In this document: positions 1 through 13,249 of the stretch, piece after piece
How positions within the stretch are numbered: the first letter of the stretch is position 1
How the letters are laid out: the number at the start of each line of letters is the position of its first letter
Origin: Octopus sinensis
Lineage: Eukaryota
NCBI RefSeq assembly: GCF_006345805.1
Contig: NC_043000.1
Location: 7,316,001-7,380,000 of the forward strand
Direction of reading: 5' to 3'
Length of the DNA stretch: 64,000 bases
The notes under the pieces: model-generated
Database searches by the model: none
What the model was told of the DNA's origin: nothing
What the model saw: the letters and a program-made list of their open reading frames with translations, nothing else
Program-made: the position numbers and the translations under genes

Positions 1-2649
1 GATTTGCACAAGTAATTCATTGAATTTGGGAGTGATTCAGAAGAAGTTGAACACATCAGATATGTTGTGTGTCTCTGTAGTCTGGAATTATGTTGGGTGT
101 ATTTCAGTGGTCTGTTATGGAGGTTTAATTTAATATTTTGACATGTTCTATCCCCTGTTTCTCAAAATCGTAAGCCAAGACATTGTTAGATTTGAAAATC
201 TTTTGATTTTCAGAAGTCTTACACTTTCCATGTTTTCCTTAGAGATTGTGGTAGTGATTGGTCATTCATTGAATGTCAATAACACTTCCCTGCCATTTAC
301 CACACAGTTAACAATTAAGCTCAACTAAGAACTTTAGCCTTTGAAGGAATTGCTGAGTTTTTTTACATTGTCTGGGTCAAGCAATGGGTTAGGGCTTGAA
401 TTATATTTGTAGTAATGTGTTGATTTTTCTTCATTCATTAATCTTATGGGTATTAGTAATTGTCAGAGTTTAATGGACTCCTTTTGGACTGGAGATAGGG
501 TAACTGTATGGATTCTGAGCAGAGAGACAAGGGCAGTGGTGGGGAAACAAGCTTGCTGAGTGGGTATATATTGTATACTGTGAACAAGTTCAAAAGAATT
601 GTAAATTGTTACCAGAGCAGTAAAAATGGTAGGAGCTATCACAGTATTATAATAGCTAAAAGGGTGTAGAATATTGCTAGGTGAATGCTTTTTGTTTTGT
701 GGTGGTGTTACAGGGCTGGAAGGAATTATTGATGATATGATAAGTATCTTCTTTGATTATGTATTTTATCCATTTGGTTCTGTTGTTGGAGGCAATTTAC
801 ATCATTTCTTAAGGGATGTGATGTTATTTTTCTAGTTCTAAATTCTGAATATTTGTGGTTATTGGTTGTGTCAGATGGACATTTTTATCATAATTTATTT
901 AATTGCAGCAATAAATAATGTTACTTAGTTCTGTTGACACTTGATAATAATTTTAATATTTTGAGTTGATGTTGTGGATTTAATCTGGATTCCTAGTTGG
1001 TACCATTTAACATTATTGAAGGAAGGGTCTGATCACGTTGCCTTGTCCTTGACAAATTAGGTGAACACAGACATTTTTTCATTTATCAGCTTCAGCTCTT
1101 TTTACACTAATTCTATGAAGACAGTTATCTTTCTGGTAATCTTTCTTTTCTTCAGCAATTATTTAGCATATTCATTTCCTTGACTTATCTAAATCATTTC
1201 CTGACAACAAACTGTTCTGTATTCTTCACTACTTTTTCAATACTTCTATTCTCCAGTAATATTCTTTCTAAACTTCCATCGATAGAAACCATCTCCACAT
1301 TCAGACTGGAATGGAGATCAAGGACATTTGATAAGAACAATACACAAATGTCATCTCAAAGGTAAAGAAAGAGATTTCAGCTACACATCTCTGTGGATAG
1401 CTGTCAGCTTAAAGTGTCATCTATGCTATATGAAATGCTGAGATTAATAGTTATCTCCTGTGATCTCTTTTGGGAACATCCTCAATTTAACCAGAGTTTT
1501 ATTATGAAAACTATTTATTCCTTGACTTCCAACAATGTTTTTCTGCCTAAGTCTGGTTAAATGTTTTATTTAGCATAACTAAGCAACATGTTTTTTTCTT
1601 GAAGACAGAACACATCCTGGGATTCTCTTCTTCACCTCGTATTCAATTGAATTTTTCTTTTTATCTCACTATACTTGAGGTGTCATTTTAACATTGTTTT
1701 GTATTATTTGCTTACTTTAGAAAAACACAATCTCAAGAGCAATGAATTTCAACTGTGGTTATGCTGTATGGATATGTCTTAGAATAGTTTTTGTTTTCTT
1801 TGTTTGTTTGTATGTGTAACTTAGCTCAATCACTAAATATCAACTTCAATAACTAATTCTGTGAATTAAAAGAAACAAAAAACGATTTCAATGAATATGA
1901 ATGAGTTATTCAGTGATTAAAATGTTAAGGAGTTCTTTTCTTACTGATCAAGTGAATCAATCAACAAATAAGCAAATAACAGTTGGGTAAAAAAAAAAGG
2001 CTTCTTCCTGACCTTTAAAACCCTAACTTGGAAAAACTACTATTAAAATTAATTATTATTTAGAAATGTTGCACTCTAAGGAGTATATCACTGTGTGTGT
2101 CTGAGCATGCAAATTATGAAATATTCAAGATATTGTACCATAGAAATGTACAGATATTTTGCCTTGGAAATCTACAGATATTGTGTGCCATGGTACATAT
2201 AACTATTCTAGTCTTTGGCCATGCCTTGGGATTTTACAACTTGATTTTTCTCCTCCCACCTTCAAGCATTATTGAAATGATTTTGGTTATGTCTGCAAAT
2301 TTTGCTAAAGAGTCATTGAGAAATCACGAAATTGTTCCAAGGTAAACAGACAAACACTATCATTATTATACTTATGTCCATATTAACCAATATATTAATT
2401 TTTAGGATGGTTGGATGTCACTAATGGAGATTTGGCTATTATTTATTCCTTCCAGGTTGAGTAACTGTGTAAGATTCCTTTATTGGCTCAGTGGTTTTTT
2501 TAAATTGATAGGTGACTACTTTATTTAACCATTGAATAGACATCTTTGTATATTGAATCAATCCAGTCTCTTAAAATGGCTGTACTGAGAACAGTTGCAC
2601 ATTGTAATGGTTGATCTTAAAAGCTTTTGATTTATCCAAATTTGTTATC

Positions 2650-3450
2650 CATTTTTCTTGCATTGTATTGTGAATAGTGCAGGTCTGCACTTATCCAACC
2701 TCACTACCAATATAAAGTGCCAACCTTTTTGCTAGTGCCTTAGCTAAAATTTTAAACTCTGCAATTTGCTACATTTTGGCCCAGAAATTAATGCTGATGT
2801 TCCCTTGTTTTGGTTCTTCCTCAGTAGTGCTACCTCTCCCACTTTCACACAACTAAGAATATTCAGTCTGCTGTCATTTGTGATAGATGGGTCCAGACTG
2901 GTATGTGCTTGTAAAGCTTGTAGTATAGATCATTCAAGCAAGGTAATTTACTCCTCACATAACCACTTACTACTGACCATAACTCAGTTGCTGTTGTTAA
3001 TGTTTAGCAACAACTTATCTCTTCTACAGAGAGCCATTACAGATTGTTAGAGATGCACTGTTGTTTCCAATCCCACCCATGCATGCCCTGGACAGTTGAG
3101 TCAAGTACTACTGAAAAGCAACAGGTTTCTGTCTGGAATAGAGTTGCACACACCCATCCCAGTCTGTCAAAAAAATAAATAGTGGGTTTCTTGCCATATT
3201 CCATTTCTGCCATCTAAGCCCATTGATAAGCTTTATTCCTTCATGTCTAAGAGTATGTGCTTAAGTGTTGAAGAAGTGGTTGTAGGCCATTCTCACTGAT
3301 AGCATATTGATCACAGTGCCTTTTCTATCTCTTTGAATCTGTTCACTAGTTTCCCCTCTGATTTATTTTCTCTGCCACTACTTCTTTACTAAGTCCTAAT
3401 GAGTCTACTTTAATGATTGCCCTCTTTAGAGCAACCCCTGCCATTGCCAT
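2650..3450 (-). mobile_element. Highly decayed LINE (RTE-like) RT fragment
   Basis: Faint minus-strand resemblance to RT motif regions (IKLINGL, FSVVLD); many stops. Confidence 0.4.
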
Positions 3451-3744
3451 TGACAATGGCTTATATAGTTGCTCTAGCTGTTTTTGTACAGAGAAATGAC
3501 TTGTCTGATTTCCTGTGACCTGACTCCTGCATTGTATCTAGGCGGACCATACAGATCACAAGTTAGTGCTCTGTGTAGCTCACCAGTTTTGAAATCATGG
3601 ACTCTACACTGGTTTGAGAGTAACTTCCTCCCTTCAGCCCACAAAAGAGGTCTGTAAAAATAAAAGTTTATACGCACTGCACTTCCCTTTCTAAGTGGTT
3701 AAAAACAAAACAAAACAAAAAACAAAAACAAATCTATTCTTGGC

Positions 3745-5803
3745 TCTACTTAAATATTAATACTGTATCAGTTGACTGACTTAGAAATTTGTTGATAGTC
3801 ATAGCAGATGAGGAGATAATAGGGGAAACTGCTTTCTTTACAAAGTAAATGAGTGTTGTATCACCTGCGGTGAAATCCATTCTTGGTATTAATAAAGTAT
3901 CTCATCTGCCTCAGTGACAGTATCTGCAGTGATGCATAGATTGTTAAAGCTCTGACAATTAGTCTAGTGCCATTCATTTGGTCTTTCTTAGAACTGAGAT
4001 TCTGCTTGGACATTATAATTGAACTGACCTTTAACTTTAGCTCACGAGGAGGTAATCCTGAAGGACTAAGTTTGTTAAAAAAATTCTGTTTTTTACATTT
4101 TGCTTGTCATCTTTGGCTTCAGTACTGTCTACACTCGTATGTTATGTAATTTCATTTGGCAAGAGGTTCAGAATCCTATTATTTAGTTATAAAGCATCAT
4201 TACCTTTTTTCTTTTTTTAACGTTTTCTTGTAAATGTAGCTTCTGTGATTATTACTGTCTGTCAGGGTTAGTGAATTCCCATATATAGTTGTCCCAGTTT
4301 GACACCATTTCTTGCAGTATCTCATTGGTGCTTCTAATTGAACCATCATTAATATCTATACTTCTGTTTCCTTTCTGCAGCAACTATCAGTTGAATATTA
4401 TATCAGCATATGATGGAGAGTCTGAGATCCTTCACATATCTTGTACAGGGATAATTTGATGCTTAGCAAATCAACTGCATTGCCACTTGTTTTATAGGAC
4501 AGCACATTCTTGCTGCGAACATTGCAATATCCTATAAATGTGTTGGACAGGTATGTTTTACCTGAATCACCTGAGACAATCAAGGTAATAGAAGTGATAT
4601 CCTGCATCATTATCATCTAGGCTTTCTATAATGCCGTCAAATACGGGACGTTGCAGTTCATTATGTGTTTTAATGTCAATATCAGCATCATTCTCCACAT
4701 GAACAATTTTAATGATTTTTATCATTAAAAACTGGTGCACATTCAGGTAATCCCAAGCCGTGACAGCATAGAACATGACTAACGAGCAATTGCTGAGTAT
4801 CGTGCAGTGCACTGTTGGAAGCTTTGCCTTCTACTGTGAAATACTGAATAAAATGCTATTCAAACCGCTTGATTAGTGACAAAGTTCATTATGTTTATTT
4901 TGGGCATTCTATCTAATGGCAAGCAGTTCTTTCAGTTTGGGGAAGCATTCTAACTTTTACTGCTTCTGATATATGCCACCTCTATGCATTATCATGATAG
5001 AGCAAGTTTCTGCTTTCAGCTGTTGCTGTTTTATAAGTGTTGTGAATAACACTGCCATGAGTGCAGATGTCTGCAAAGTTTTTTCTTTTTTAAATACAGC
5101 AAAGCTAATGATCTGAAATAGAATATCTGTTTCCATTGGATGTTCTGCATACATTCTAAAGATTATTTCAATTCCTCTACTTATATAACAGAGGCAAAAC
5201 AAAAGCACAAGCTGAGACTTATTGGTTATTGCTGATGTAAGGAGCAGCCAAATTTTTCGGTGGCTGCCATCTTATGATAAATAGGGAAGAGGTAGACTAC
5301 CAAACAAGGTACATTAATCAATTGCTAAGAGACCCTGAATGCACTATCCAAGAGTTTAAAAATGCCATGGAAGTCAGAGAGAAATGGAAGACGTGTGTCA
5401 GGAAACCTGAGAAATTCTCTATCCTCTAACTAACTATCATAATCTGTTTCCATATTGTCAAAGACATAATGGTAAGGAACTTTATAGTACAGGTATTCCC
5501 TAGCAATTTCATCAGTTTTAGTCTAAACTATGACATGAGAGGAGTGTTCTTGTTTTGGGCATTTTGAAATGCCTCTCTTTCAGCACCAGTAAACTGTCTG
5601 TTGAGGTTCAAAGATGTATTGGGAGCCAAACCACAGAGGAAATGTTAAGCATTTTGCACTTGAGCAACTTTCATATAACTTCTGAAGGACTGAAACGTAG
5701 CAATTTATGTACTACCCAGATTTGTCATGGATAAAAACTTAGCATTCTTATTATTTGTACCCACACACAGTCATATTCTTTACTTACACACACACACATA
5801 CAC

Positions 5804-5852
<49 letters not shown>

Positions 5853-7240
5853 ATAAAATTTATAGAAAAACAAAAGACGAAGACAGGTGTATGAATAACA
5901 CAGAGAAGATTGTAAGGCACCTGATTTGGCTTCACCAAACATCCAGTATTCACAACTACCTCAAAGAACGCAGGGTGGCTGCCTCTGACACCTGCACGTG
6001 TCAGACCAGTGGCCACTACGGTCACCCTGCATGTCACACCAGTATTCTTGCTGAACATCAGGGGCCTCGTAACATCCCAACAACACAAAACACAATACCT
6101 GAGAGATTTAGTGATATGTAATCAAGCAATATGCATGTCACTACCAGAAACACATCTGAACATGGATATATCAGATGCTGACATACACATACCAAGGTAT
6201 GTTGTCTTTCAAACTGACAAGAGAGAAAAGACTCATGGTGGAGTGGCAATGTACATCCGGGAAGATATCAGTCTGTGGTCCTGCTGTTACACTTAAACTC
6301 AGTCTGTGACACTCTGGTGGTACACATTAAACAGATGAAAATAGTATTATGCACTATGTGTTGCCCACCAGATGCTCCGAAATCATGGGGATTCATTTGA
6401 AGAGAGCCTCCAGAAATGAAAGAAGTATTAACCATCCTGGATAACAGCATGCACATACATCTTTTAGGGGATTTCGACCTCCCCTTATGTCAAGTGGCCT
6501 GAGGCCCACCTCTTCTCAGGTATGTCACTGCACGGCCTGAGGCATGCAGAATCTTGACCTCACTAACATGCTCTTTATGGAGCAAATAGTGCTCCACCCA
6601 AGAAGGGGGAAAAAATGCCCAGGACCTCTGCTTCACAAACAACACGGCCATATCCATAATGTTAAGGTGACACTGACGATTTTCTCAGACCATAACTTAA
6701 TAGAACTAACAATGTATGGTCCACAATTTCAGTAGGATTGTAAAAAGTTTCATCTCACAATATGATGAGAATGTGAGCATTGGGGAGTCCTTGTTTTCGA
6801 AATTCAATAGTAATGCTCTTTCATGTTGTGAGGTGATTCCTGAAATGAATATTGTGATATTACCATGCATTCAACTTGTACATCTCTATTTCTCTAGTGA
6901 TTGGCAAGTTCTTTGTAGCTTTTTGATCTCAGAACTCCTCCGGTGATATCTGACATAGTTTACATTATTTGATTTTCACCTGCAGATGGATGTCAGCTGT
7001 TGAAATAATTTTCCATCATGCCATAATAGGATTTAAATTCATTTCTACTACAGTCTATAATGTTTGGTGTTGCAACACTGTAATCTTATTTTCAAACCGT
7101 TATCTCCGATTCTTTGAGTAACTGGTAAATCTGATTGCCAGCCTGGTTCACCATATGGATAAAATAGTGTAATATGACTTGTCAAAATTATGTTGTACAT
7201 CTGGATTTTTTGGGGGATTAATGCAGAAATCTCTACCAAT
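3745..7240 (-). pseudogene. Decayed autonomous Helitron Rep/Pif1-helicase gene, interrupted by later insertions
   Basis: Minus-strand remnants in the expected order: LFYPYGEPGW, GKLFQQ, IEFRKQGLPNAHILII (Rep HUH-type motif), SPSEVI*KLL, NELQRPVFDGII, SGDSGKTYL (Walker A), SPSGLPPRELKLKV, NGTRLIV, LIPRMD, AMTINK. Many stops and frameshifts. Confidence 0.88.
5870..6725 (+). mobile_element. CR1/L2-type LINE APE endonuclease remnant nested in the Helitron
   Basis: LLNIRGL, LPETHL, HGGVAMYIR, LGDFDLP, EQIVLHPRRG, FSDHNLI. Confidence 0.85.
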
Positions 7241-8370
7241 ATATATATATATGTATTGTAGTACTCTGTGGCATTTTCTATGCCTTCACATAAATGTTAT
7301 TTACTCTAATAATTCTATCTAGAATGGCTATAATTTCAAGGATACAACATATGTTAACTTGGTGGTTAAATATAGACTCATTAGTGATTTTTAAATTGGT
7401 TTCAAATTTTGCCACAAGGACAACAATTTTTGGGGAAGCGAGGGAGCCAATTACATTGATCCTAGTGCTCAACCAGTACTTATTTTATTGACACCAAAAG
7501 GATGAAAGGCAAAGTTGACCATGGCAATATTTGAACTCAGAACATAAAGTCAGAAGAAATGCTGCTAGATATTTTGTCCAGCATGGTAACAGTTCTGCCA
7601 GCTCTGTTGCGATTTTTAAATAAGCAACATAAAACTGGAACAAATTGTTTCCCATCTCTTTTCTGGTGAGTGCTCATCAGAAGCGTCATGACAAATTGGT
7701 ATATATACTCTTAGATGAAGAAAGCACAGTGGCCTTGTTAAACATATTCCTATTTTCCCATCTCCCACTCCTGTTTAAACTTACTTTTAACCCAACCCTT
7801 TTCTCTCATTTATTCTACCTCAGTTTTTCTCTCTTTCTCTCACTTTTAACCCTTGTCCAAGTTTTCTTACTTTCTCTCTTTCTTCAGATGGTTTCAAACT
7901 TCATCTCTCTCTCTCTCTCTCTCTCTCATGTACATATGTGTGTATATGCATGCATCACTCCCCCTGCTGGCACTCTTAATATCTCTTCCTCTCTTCCTAC
8001 TCTCAGGTGTTTAAATAAATTTAGAACTTACAAACAAGACAAATATATTAGGTCATAATTTGTGACTTGTAACACAAGAGTGGACATTTTCAAGCAGTAG
8101 ACCAACTAGGTCAGCATATTGGTATGTATGGGTGAATATATTCATTTTACGTTTTTTTTTATGTGGCGGCATGGGTTAGATGAGCATGTTACTGAATTTG
8201 ATGGAAGTGCCAACAAGACTGCTTGAATGTTGTAACTTTTGAACAAAGAGTGGAATGCTGAATAAACACATGCACATACACACATGGCTGTATGGTTAAG
8301 AAGTTTGCTTCCCAGTCACACAGTTTTATCTGTTCAATCCCACTACATGGAACCTTTGGCAAGTTGTTGT

Positions 8371-8680
8371 CGTCATCATCATCATCGTTTAACGTCTGTT
8401 TTCCATGCTAGCATGGGTTGGACGGTTCGACTGGGGTCTGGAAAGCCAGGAGGCTGCACCAGGCTCCAGTCTGATCTGGCAGTGTTTCTACGGCTGGATG
8501 CCCTTCCTAATGCCAACCACTCCATGAGTGTAGTGGGTGCTTTTTACGTGCCACCGACACAGGTGCCAGGGGAGGCTGGCAAATGGCCACAATCAGTTGG
8601 TGCTTTTATGTGTCACTGGCACGAATGCCAGTCTAGGCAGCGCTGGCACTGGCTACATTCAGATGGTGCTTTTTACAACC
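8371..8680 (-). mobile_element. RTE 3' fragment interrupting a tRNA-SINE (host SINE about 8283-8980)
   Basis: (CAT)n followed by antisense RTE UTR. SINE head at 8283-8363; SINE body resumes at about 8685 (caaaagtcttgtgagtggatttgg). Confidence 0.85.
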
Positions 8681-9141
8681 CCAGGCGTACCAAAAGTCTT
8701 GTGAGTGGATTTGGTTGATGAAAACTGAAAGAAGCCTATTGTATGTGTATAAATAAATGTTTGTGTTTATGCTTCCTTCTCTTCACATCACATGATGGTT
8801 GTAAATAAATGTCACTGTCATACAAGTGTTGTTGTTCACTTTCAGTCTTCCATGAAAAAAACATAGGGTAATATTATCTCGTTTGGCAAAAGGTGATAGG
8901 AAGGGCATCTGACTGGTGAAAATCTGCATTAAAAACTCCCATCTGACCTATGTACACCTGGAAAAGCAGATGTTAGGATAACTATAGGCAACAAATACAG
9001 TTGTCACTAAAAGTGTTGGTGGGTGCTAGTAAACCAGCATTGCTAGAAATAAGTCAAAACAACTCTTAACCATATGAGAGCATTTTCTGATGGCTAAGAA
9101 GGGAGACAGGCTCCCTCCCTACGATAAGAGAGATGAAGTTA

Positions 9142-9179
9142 TATCAGCGCTGATTTCAGATTTAATCAATCTTCATCAG
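9142..9179 (-). ncRNA. Hammerhead ribozyme core (type I minimal-like), stem I not evident
   Basis: Minus: CUGAUGA-AGAUU-gauua-AAUCU-GAA-AUCAG-CG-CUGAU-A. Perfect 5-bp stem II and palindromic stem III. Confidence 0.55.
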
Positions 9180-9196
9180 ATTTAGTATATATGTTA

Positions 9197-9450
9197 GGTG
9201 CAGGAGTGGCTGTGTAGTAAGAAGTTTGCTTTCCAACCACGTGTGTGTATTTGTGTCCGTGTGGGTCCCCACCATTGCTTGACAGCCGGTGTTGGTGTGT
9301 TTATGACCCTGTAATGTAGTAGTTCAGCAAAAGATACTGATAGGATAAGTACCAGGCTTGAAAAGTGCTGGGGTCAATTCATTTAACTAAAATTTCTTCA
9401 AGATGGTGCCACAACATGGCCACAGTCTTATGACTGAGAAAAGTAGAAGA
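9197..9450 (+). mobile_element. SINE family A (internally deleted)
   Basis: GGTGCAGGAGTGGCTGTGTAGTAAG head plus 3' half. Confidence 0.8.
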
Positions 9451-10229
9451 CAGAAGAGACACACACACACACACACACATTTATAATGTCTATGCGAGTA
9501 TGTATGTATATTAAAGTAGATTGATAAATATATGTCTAAATGCACACACACAAGAATATTGAGAAGAGTTAATCAAAATAATCAATACAAAAGTTAAGAA
9601 ATATCAAGTAAAGTATAATCTAGTATGGAAATTTATTCTATGACTTGTCAGTGGTGTGTTTAGTGTATCCAACAGATATTTTTTAGTGTTCTTAATAGAA
9701 AATAAAATGTAAAATTTATTTTCCTTTTGAAATCAGTTAATCTTGCAAAACAGATTATAAGGATTCTTGAATAAATCTGCATTCTGGATCCTTATCTGTC
9801 TGTCTGTCTGTCTCTGTGTCCACATTTAATATGCATCCACATATCTATCCTCAGTTAGTTACTCAAATGCAGGAGTCGGAATTTTTTTTAACCAGTCACT
9901 CCAAAATATATTTATTTATGCCAATTTTAATTCCCTTGATTTGAAAGGAAGAAAATTATAGATTCTTTGAATTTGAAAGGATTATTGAATCTATTTATAT
10001 GAATCTATTTGCATTGGACAGATGCAGTGTTGCCAGAAGAAAAAAATTCTGTCATAACAAAGAATATGGTTTTTTTATATAATTTTACTCATGTCTAATG
10101 AGTCCTCATTGCCCCTAAGAATTTCATTTTTACCCCAGTTTGCCAATCCCTGATTTAATGAGCTAGTGTCAGAGTAGCCATATCTGCATGATTATATGTG
10201 TGTGTGTGTGTGTGTGTGTGTAAGATGTA

Positions 10230-10925
10230 TAAGGGATGATATGGGGATTGTTAAAGAAAGAGAATTTGGTTATTCATGGCATGGAGAGTGAAAGTTGAGA
10301 GAGGGAAGATTAATTATTCTTCACACAGGAGAAAAAATTCCAGGAGGCTTTTGTGCAGGGCTAAGTTGAACTTGGAGAGATGTTGGGTTGAGCGATTAGC
10401 TGAGTAGAAGTGGCATGAGACAGAAGTTTCACTGCCAAGCAAGATGTAGGTAAGGTATTTAATGAAGTGGGCTTCTGTGACTGTATAGATTGAACATCCT
10501 GTTGCCCAATGTATATAGTCACAGGCAAAGCATTTTAGGCAGTAGATGAGATCAGCAGAGGTTCAGGTAAAGGTGTCAGTCATGTGGAAGGAATAATGGA
10601 GGGGTTTGGTGGGGATGGTTGCATTGGAGAGGAGGAGTCCAGTTTCGCTGCAGAGGTAGGAAAAGATAACTGGTCGAGTAAGTCACAAGGGTTATGGGCA
10701 CAGTTAAAAGAGGGGAACATAAATTGTTGATAATGTGGGTAATGGCAGGGTTTGGATTGGAGGGTTGGGAATGTGCAGATGATAAAATACTGGATGGGTG
10801 GAGTGCAGGGGTGGTAGGTGATAGAGAGCAGAAGGTGGTTGTGGGAAAAATGAATGGGGTGGGGGCAGTGCAGGTTCACCACGGGATTGGAAGTTTTTTT
10901 GATTTCATAATGGAGTTCCATAATG
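10230..10925 (-). mobile_element. Penelope-like element remnant (RT C-terminal linker plus GIY-YIG region)
   Basis: LSITYHPCTPPIQY, TLQSKP, FT*TSADLIYCLKC...YI(G): typical PLE linker and GIY-YIG layout, decayed. Confidence 0.65.
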
Positions 10926-11599
10926 ATGTGTATCCATCACTAAATAATAATCTGTGACTGAGTATGAATTACTTGTATTATTTGGATGACTTATATGCTA
11001 AAATTAATGATGTGGCTAAAATTAATGATGTGCAGAAATGATTACACCACCATCATCATTTTAGCATCCCCTTTTCCAAACTTGCACGGGCCAGATGGAG
11101 TTTATTTTGGCAGATTTTCTATGCCCGGATGCCCTTCCTATCACCACCACTCACCTGTTCCCAAGCAAGATTATATTTTCCCATGGTCAAGGACGTTTTT
11201 TTTTTGCAAAATAACAGAAATGAATGACACTGCTTGTATAACAGTGACACTCATTTGCAACTACCATGTAATGTCAAAACAAGCAGACAAAAGTACTCTC
11301 TCTAATTTGGTAGACGGAAACTAAATCCACTCACAAGTCTTTGGTTGGCTTGTGGTTATAGTGGAAAACACCAAGGTACATGCAGTGGGACTGAACCTGA
11401 AACCATATGGTTGAGATACAAACTTCATAATTACACAGCCACACCTGCACCTATGTAAAGATGAGGTGTTAGTATAACTCAAGAGAAGTTTTATTTTGGG
11501 ATTTGAAGTAAAGATTAGCTATATAGATTTACTTTAGATCATGGAAATATTCAATATTTCTTGAAATTATAAGAATCCATGAAAATATTTTATGTTGCA

Positions 11600-12010
11600 A
11601 CCTACTCATCTATAAAATGTCTTGGACTTTTAAGTGAAAAGTTTGAAGTGTGTTTCGAAGATCTTGAGAATATGCAGTTCTTTGAGTGTTTCTACATTCT
11701 GTGTTGCAACAGAACATTCTGATCATAAGTTATGAAGAATTAAATGAAATGAATGTGAATCTTGAAGCAAAGAAGTATTGTCCAAATATATAAAAAAAAA
11801 CTCTCGTGATTCCTGCTGTATTGATGAAAACACTGCAACCAAATATCTAAGTTTTCGGGCAACTGTTGACATGGTTTTACTTCATTTCCAACTTCCTAAA
11901 TACTCAAAACTTGACACAGCTATATGAATTGTTAACGAAGCAAAGAAATAGGCTTAACAGCTATGAATGAAATGACCTAAGACTCTAATCCCCAAATTTC
12001 CATCCAAATA
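11600..12010 (+). pseudogene. hAT (Charlie/ZBED-type) transposase C-terminal remnant
   Basis: FPTS*, LLTKQRNRLN, DLRL: hAT dimerisation-region motifs. Confidence 0.65.
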
Positions 12011-12874
12011 TTCCTGCTATTCTTAATGGTTATCAGGTCCGTCTGTCTCAGGAATGCAATCTTCAATGAAACATATTCTTTCTTTATTTCTTTTTATGTT
12101 TGCTCAACTAACAATGTACTCCTTTTCATCTTACTTTTTCTTGCAATCATTCTTGTTATTTATTTTTTTAATTTTTGAATAAACTATGCCTTTAATAATT
12201 TTTTTCTTTCTAATAAATTCTAAACGAGCCAATCTTACCTGCCAATTAACTCTCCTACGATATCCAGTTTCTGTTCAGCTCTCATTAAACTAGAAATATG
12301 GAAAAAATATTTTATTTTAAAAAGTGGAGGAGTGCTTTGTGGAAGATAGCTGGCAAGCATGGAGTTAAATAGAATGTATATATTCTTTTTTTTTTGTTGC
12401 TATGGTTATGTCAATCCTTTAAGAATATTTAGCAACCACAAAGTACAGTACTATCTACCAACTTTGCATTTATGCCATTGTCATCATTACTCTTTTCTGA
12501 CCACACTTCAATTTTGAACTATGGAGGACGTCAACATTTGTAATGTTCCGGATAAAAATAGTTTAATGACTTTTTAAAAAGTATGCTTAATTTGTATAGT
12601 TTAAAATAGATTATCGTAAATAAGAAATTGGTTTCATGAATCTACACATTACCAACCATCTTTTGAATTTATTCCACTAAACTTTGAGATTTCCATATTA
12701 TTTTACTGAATGTGAGGTTGGAGAGCTGAGGAAAGCTCTGTAAGTCTGTGACGAGGTTGATGGATTGAAAAGTTTAGGAACCATGGGTTTAACTGTTTAA
12801 TGTGCCAATCATAAAATATGTCCACATTAACTCACCCTTCAACCATGAGTGAGCAAGCTATGATCAAAACTATT

Positions 12875-13127
12875 AAAATAATGTTCCTTCTCAAGCCATG
12901 CAAGGCTCATAAGGGTCGGTTTCCCAGTTTCAGTGTTGTAGAAATTCCCCAGCTGGACGGGACGCCAGTCCATCGCAGCGTTACTCGTTTTTGCCAGCTG
13001 AGTAGACTGGAATAACGTGAAATGAAGTGTTTTGCTCAAGAACACAACGCGTCACCTGGTCCAGGAATCAAAACCAAAACCTTACGATCATGAGTTCAAC
13101 ACCCTAACCACTAAGCCACATGCCTCC
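12875..13127 (-). mobile_element. tRNA-derived SINE family C
   Basis: Minus head TGGCTTAGTGGTTAGGG...GGTTTTGATTCC. TSD ATGATCAAAA(C/G)TATT at 12860-12874 / 13128-13142. Confidence 0.82.
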
Positions 13128-13249
13128 ATGATCAAAAGTATTCCAACCATCCTGTTATTTTTAATGTATTCTTCAGATAGTTGGATTTGATTTAAAGGAT
13201 ATTTCTAGCAGGTTGAATAACCAATGTGAAATCTTGTATATTTTATTTA

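Noticed and set aside
1-1450. Possible decayed Penelope RT on the minus strand (DKGN-like trace near 1040)
   Set aside because: Requires frameshifts and has too few motifs to support.
5651-5704. Hammerhead-like TTGC..CTTGAG..stem..GAAACGTA-GCAA
   Set aside because: The core lacks CUGAUGA, and the sequence is explained as antisense Helitron coding sequence (SPSEVI*KLL).
7636-7690. Minus-strand CTGATGA...GAAACAATTTGTT hammerhead-like motif
   Set aside because: Stem II is poor and there is no stem I; too weak to call.
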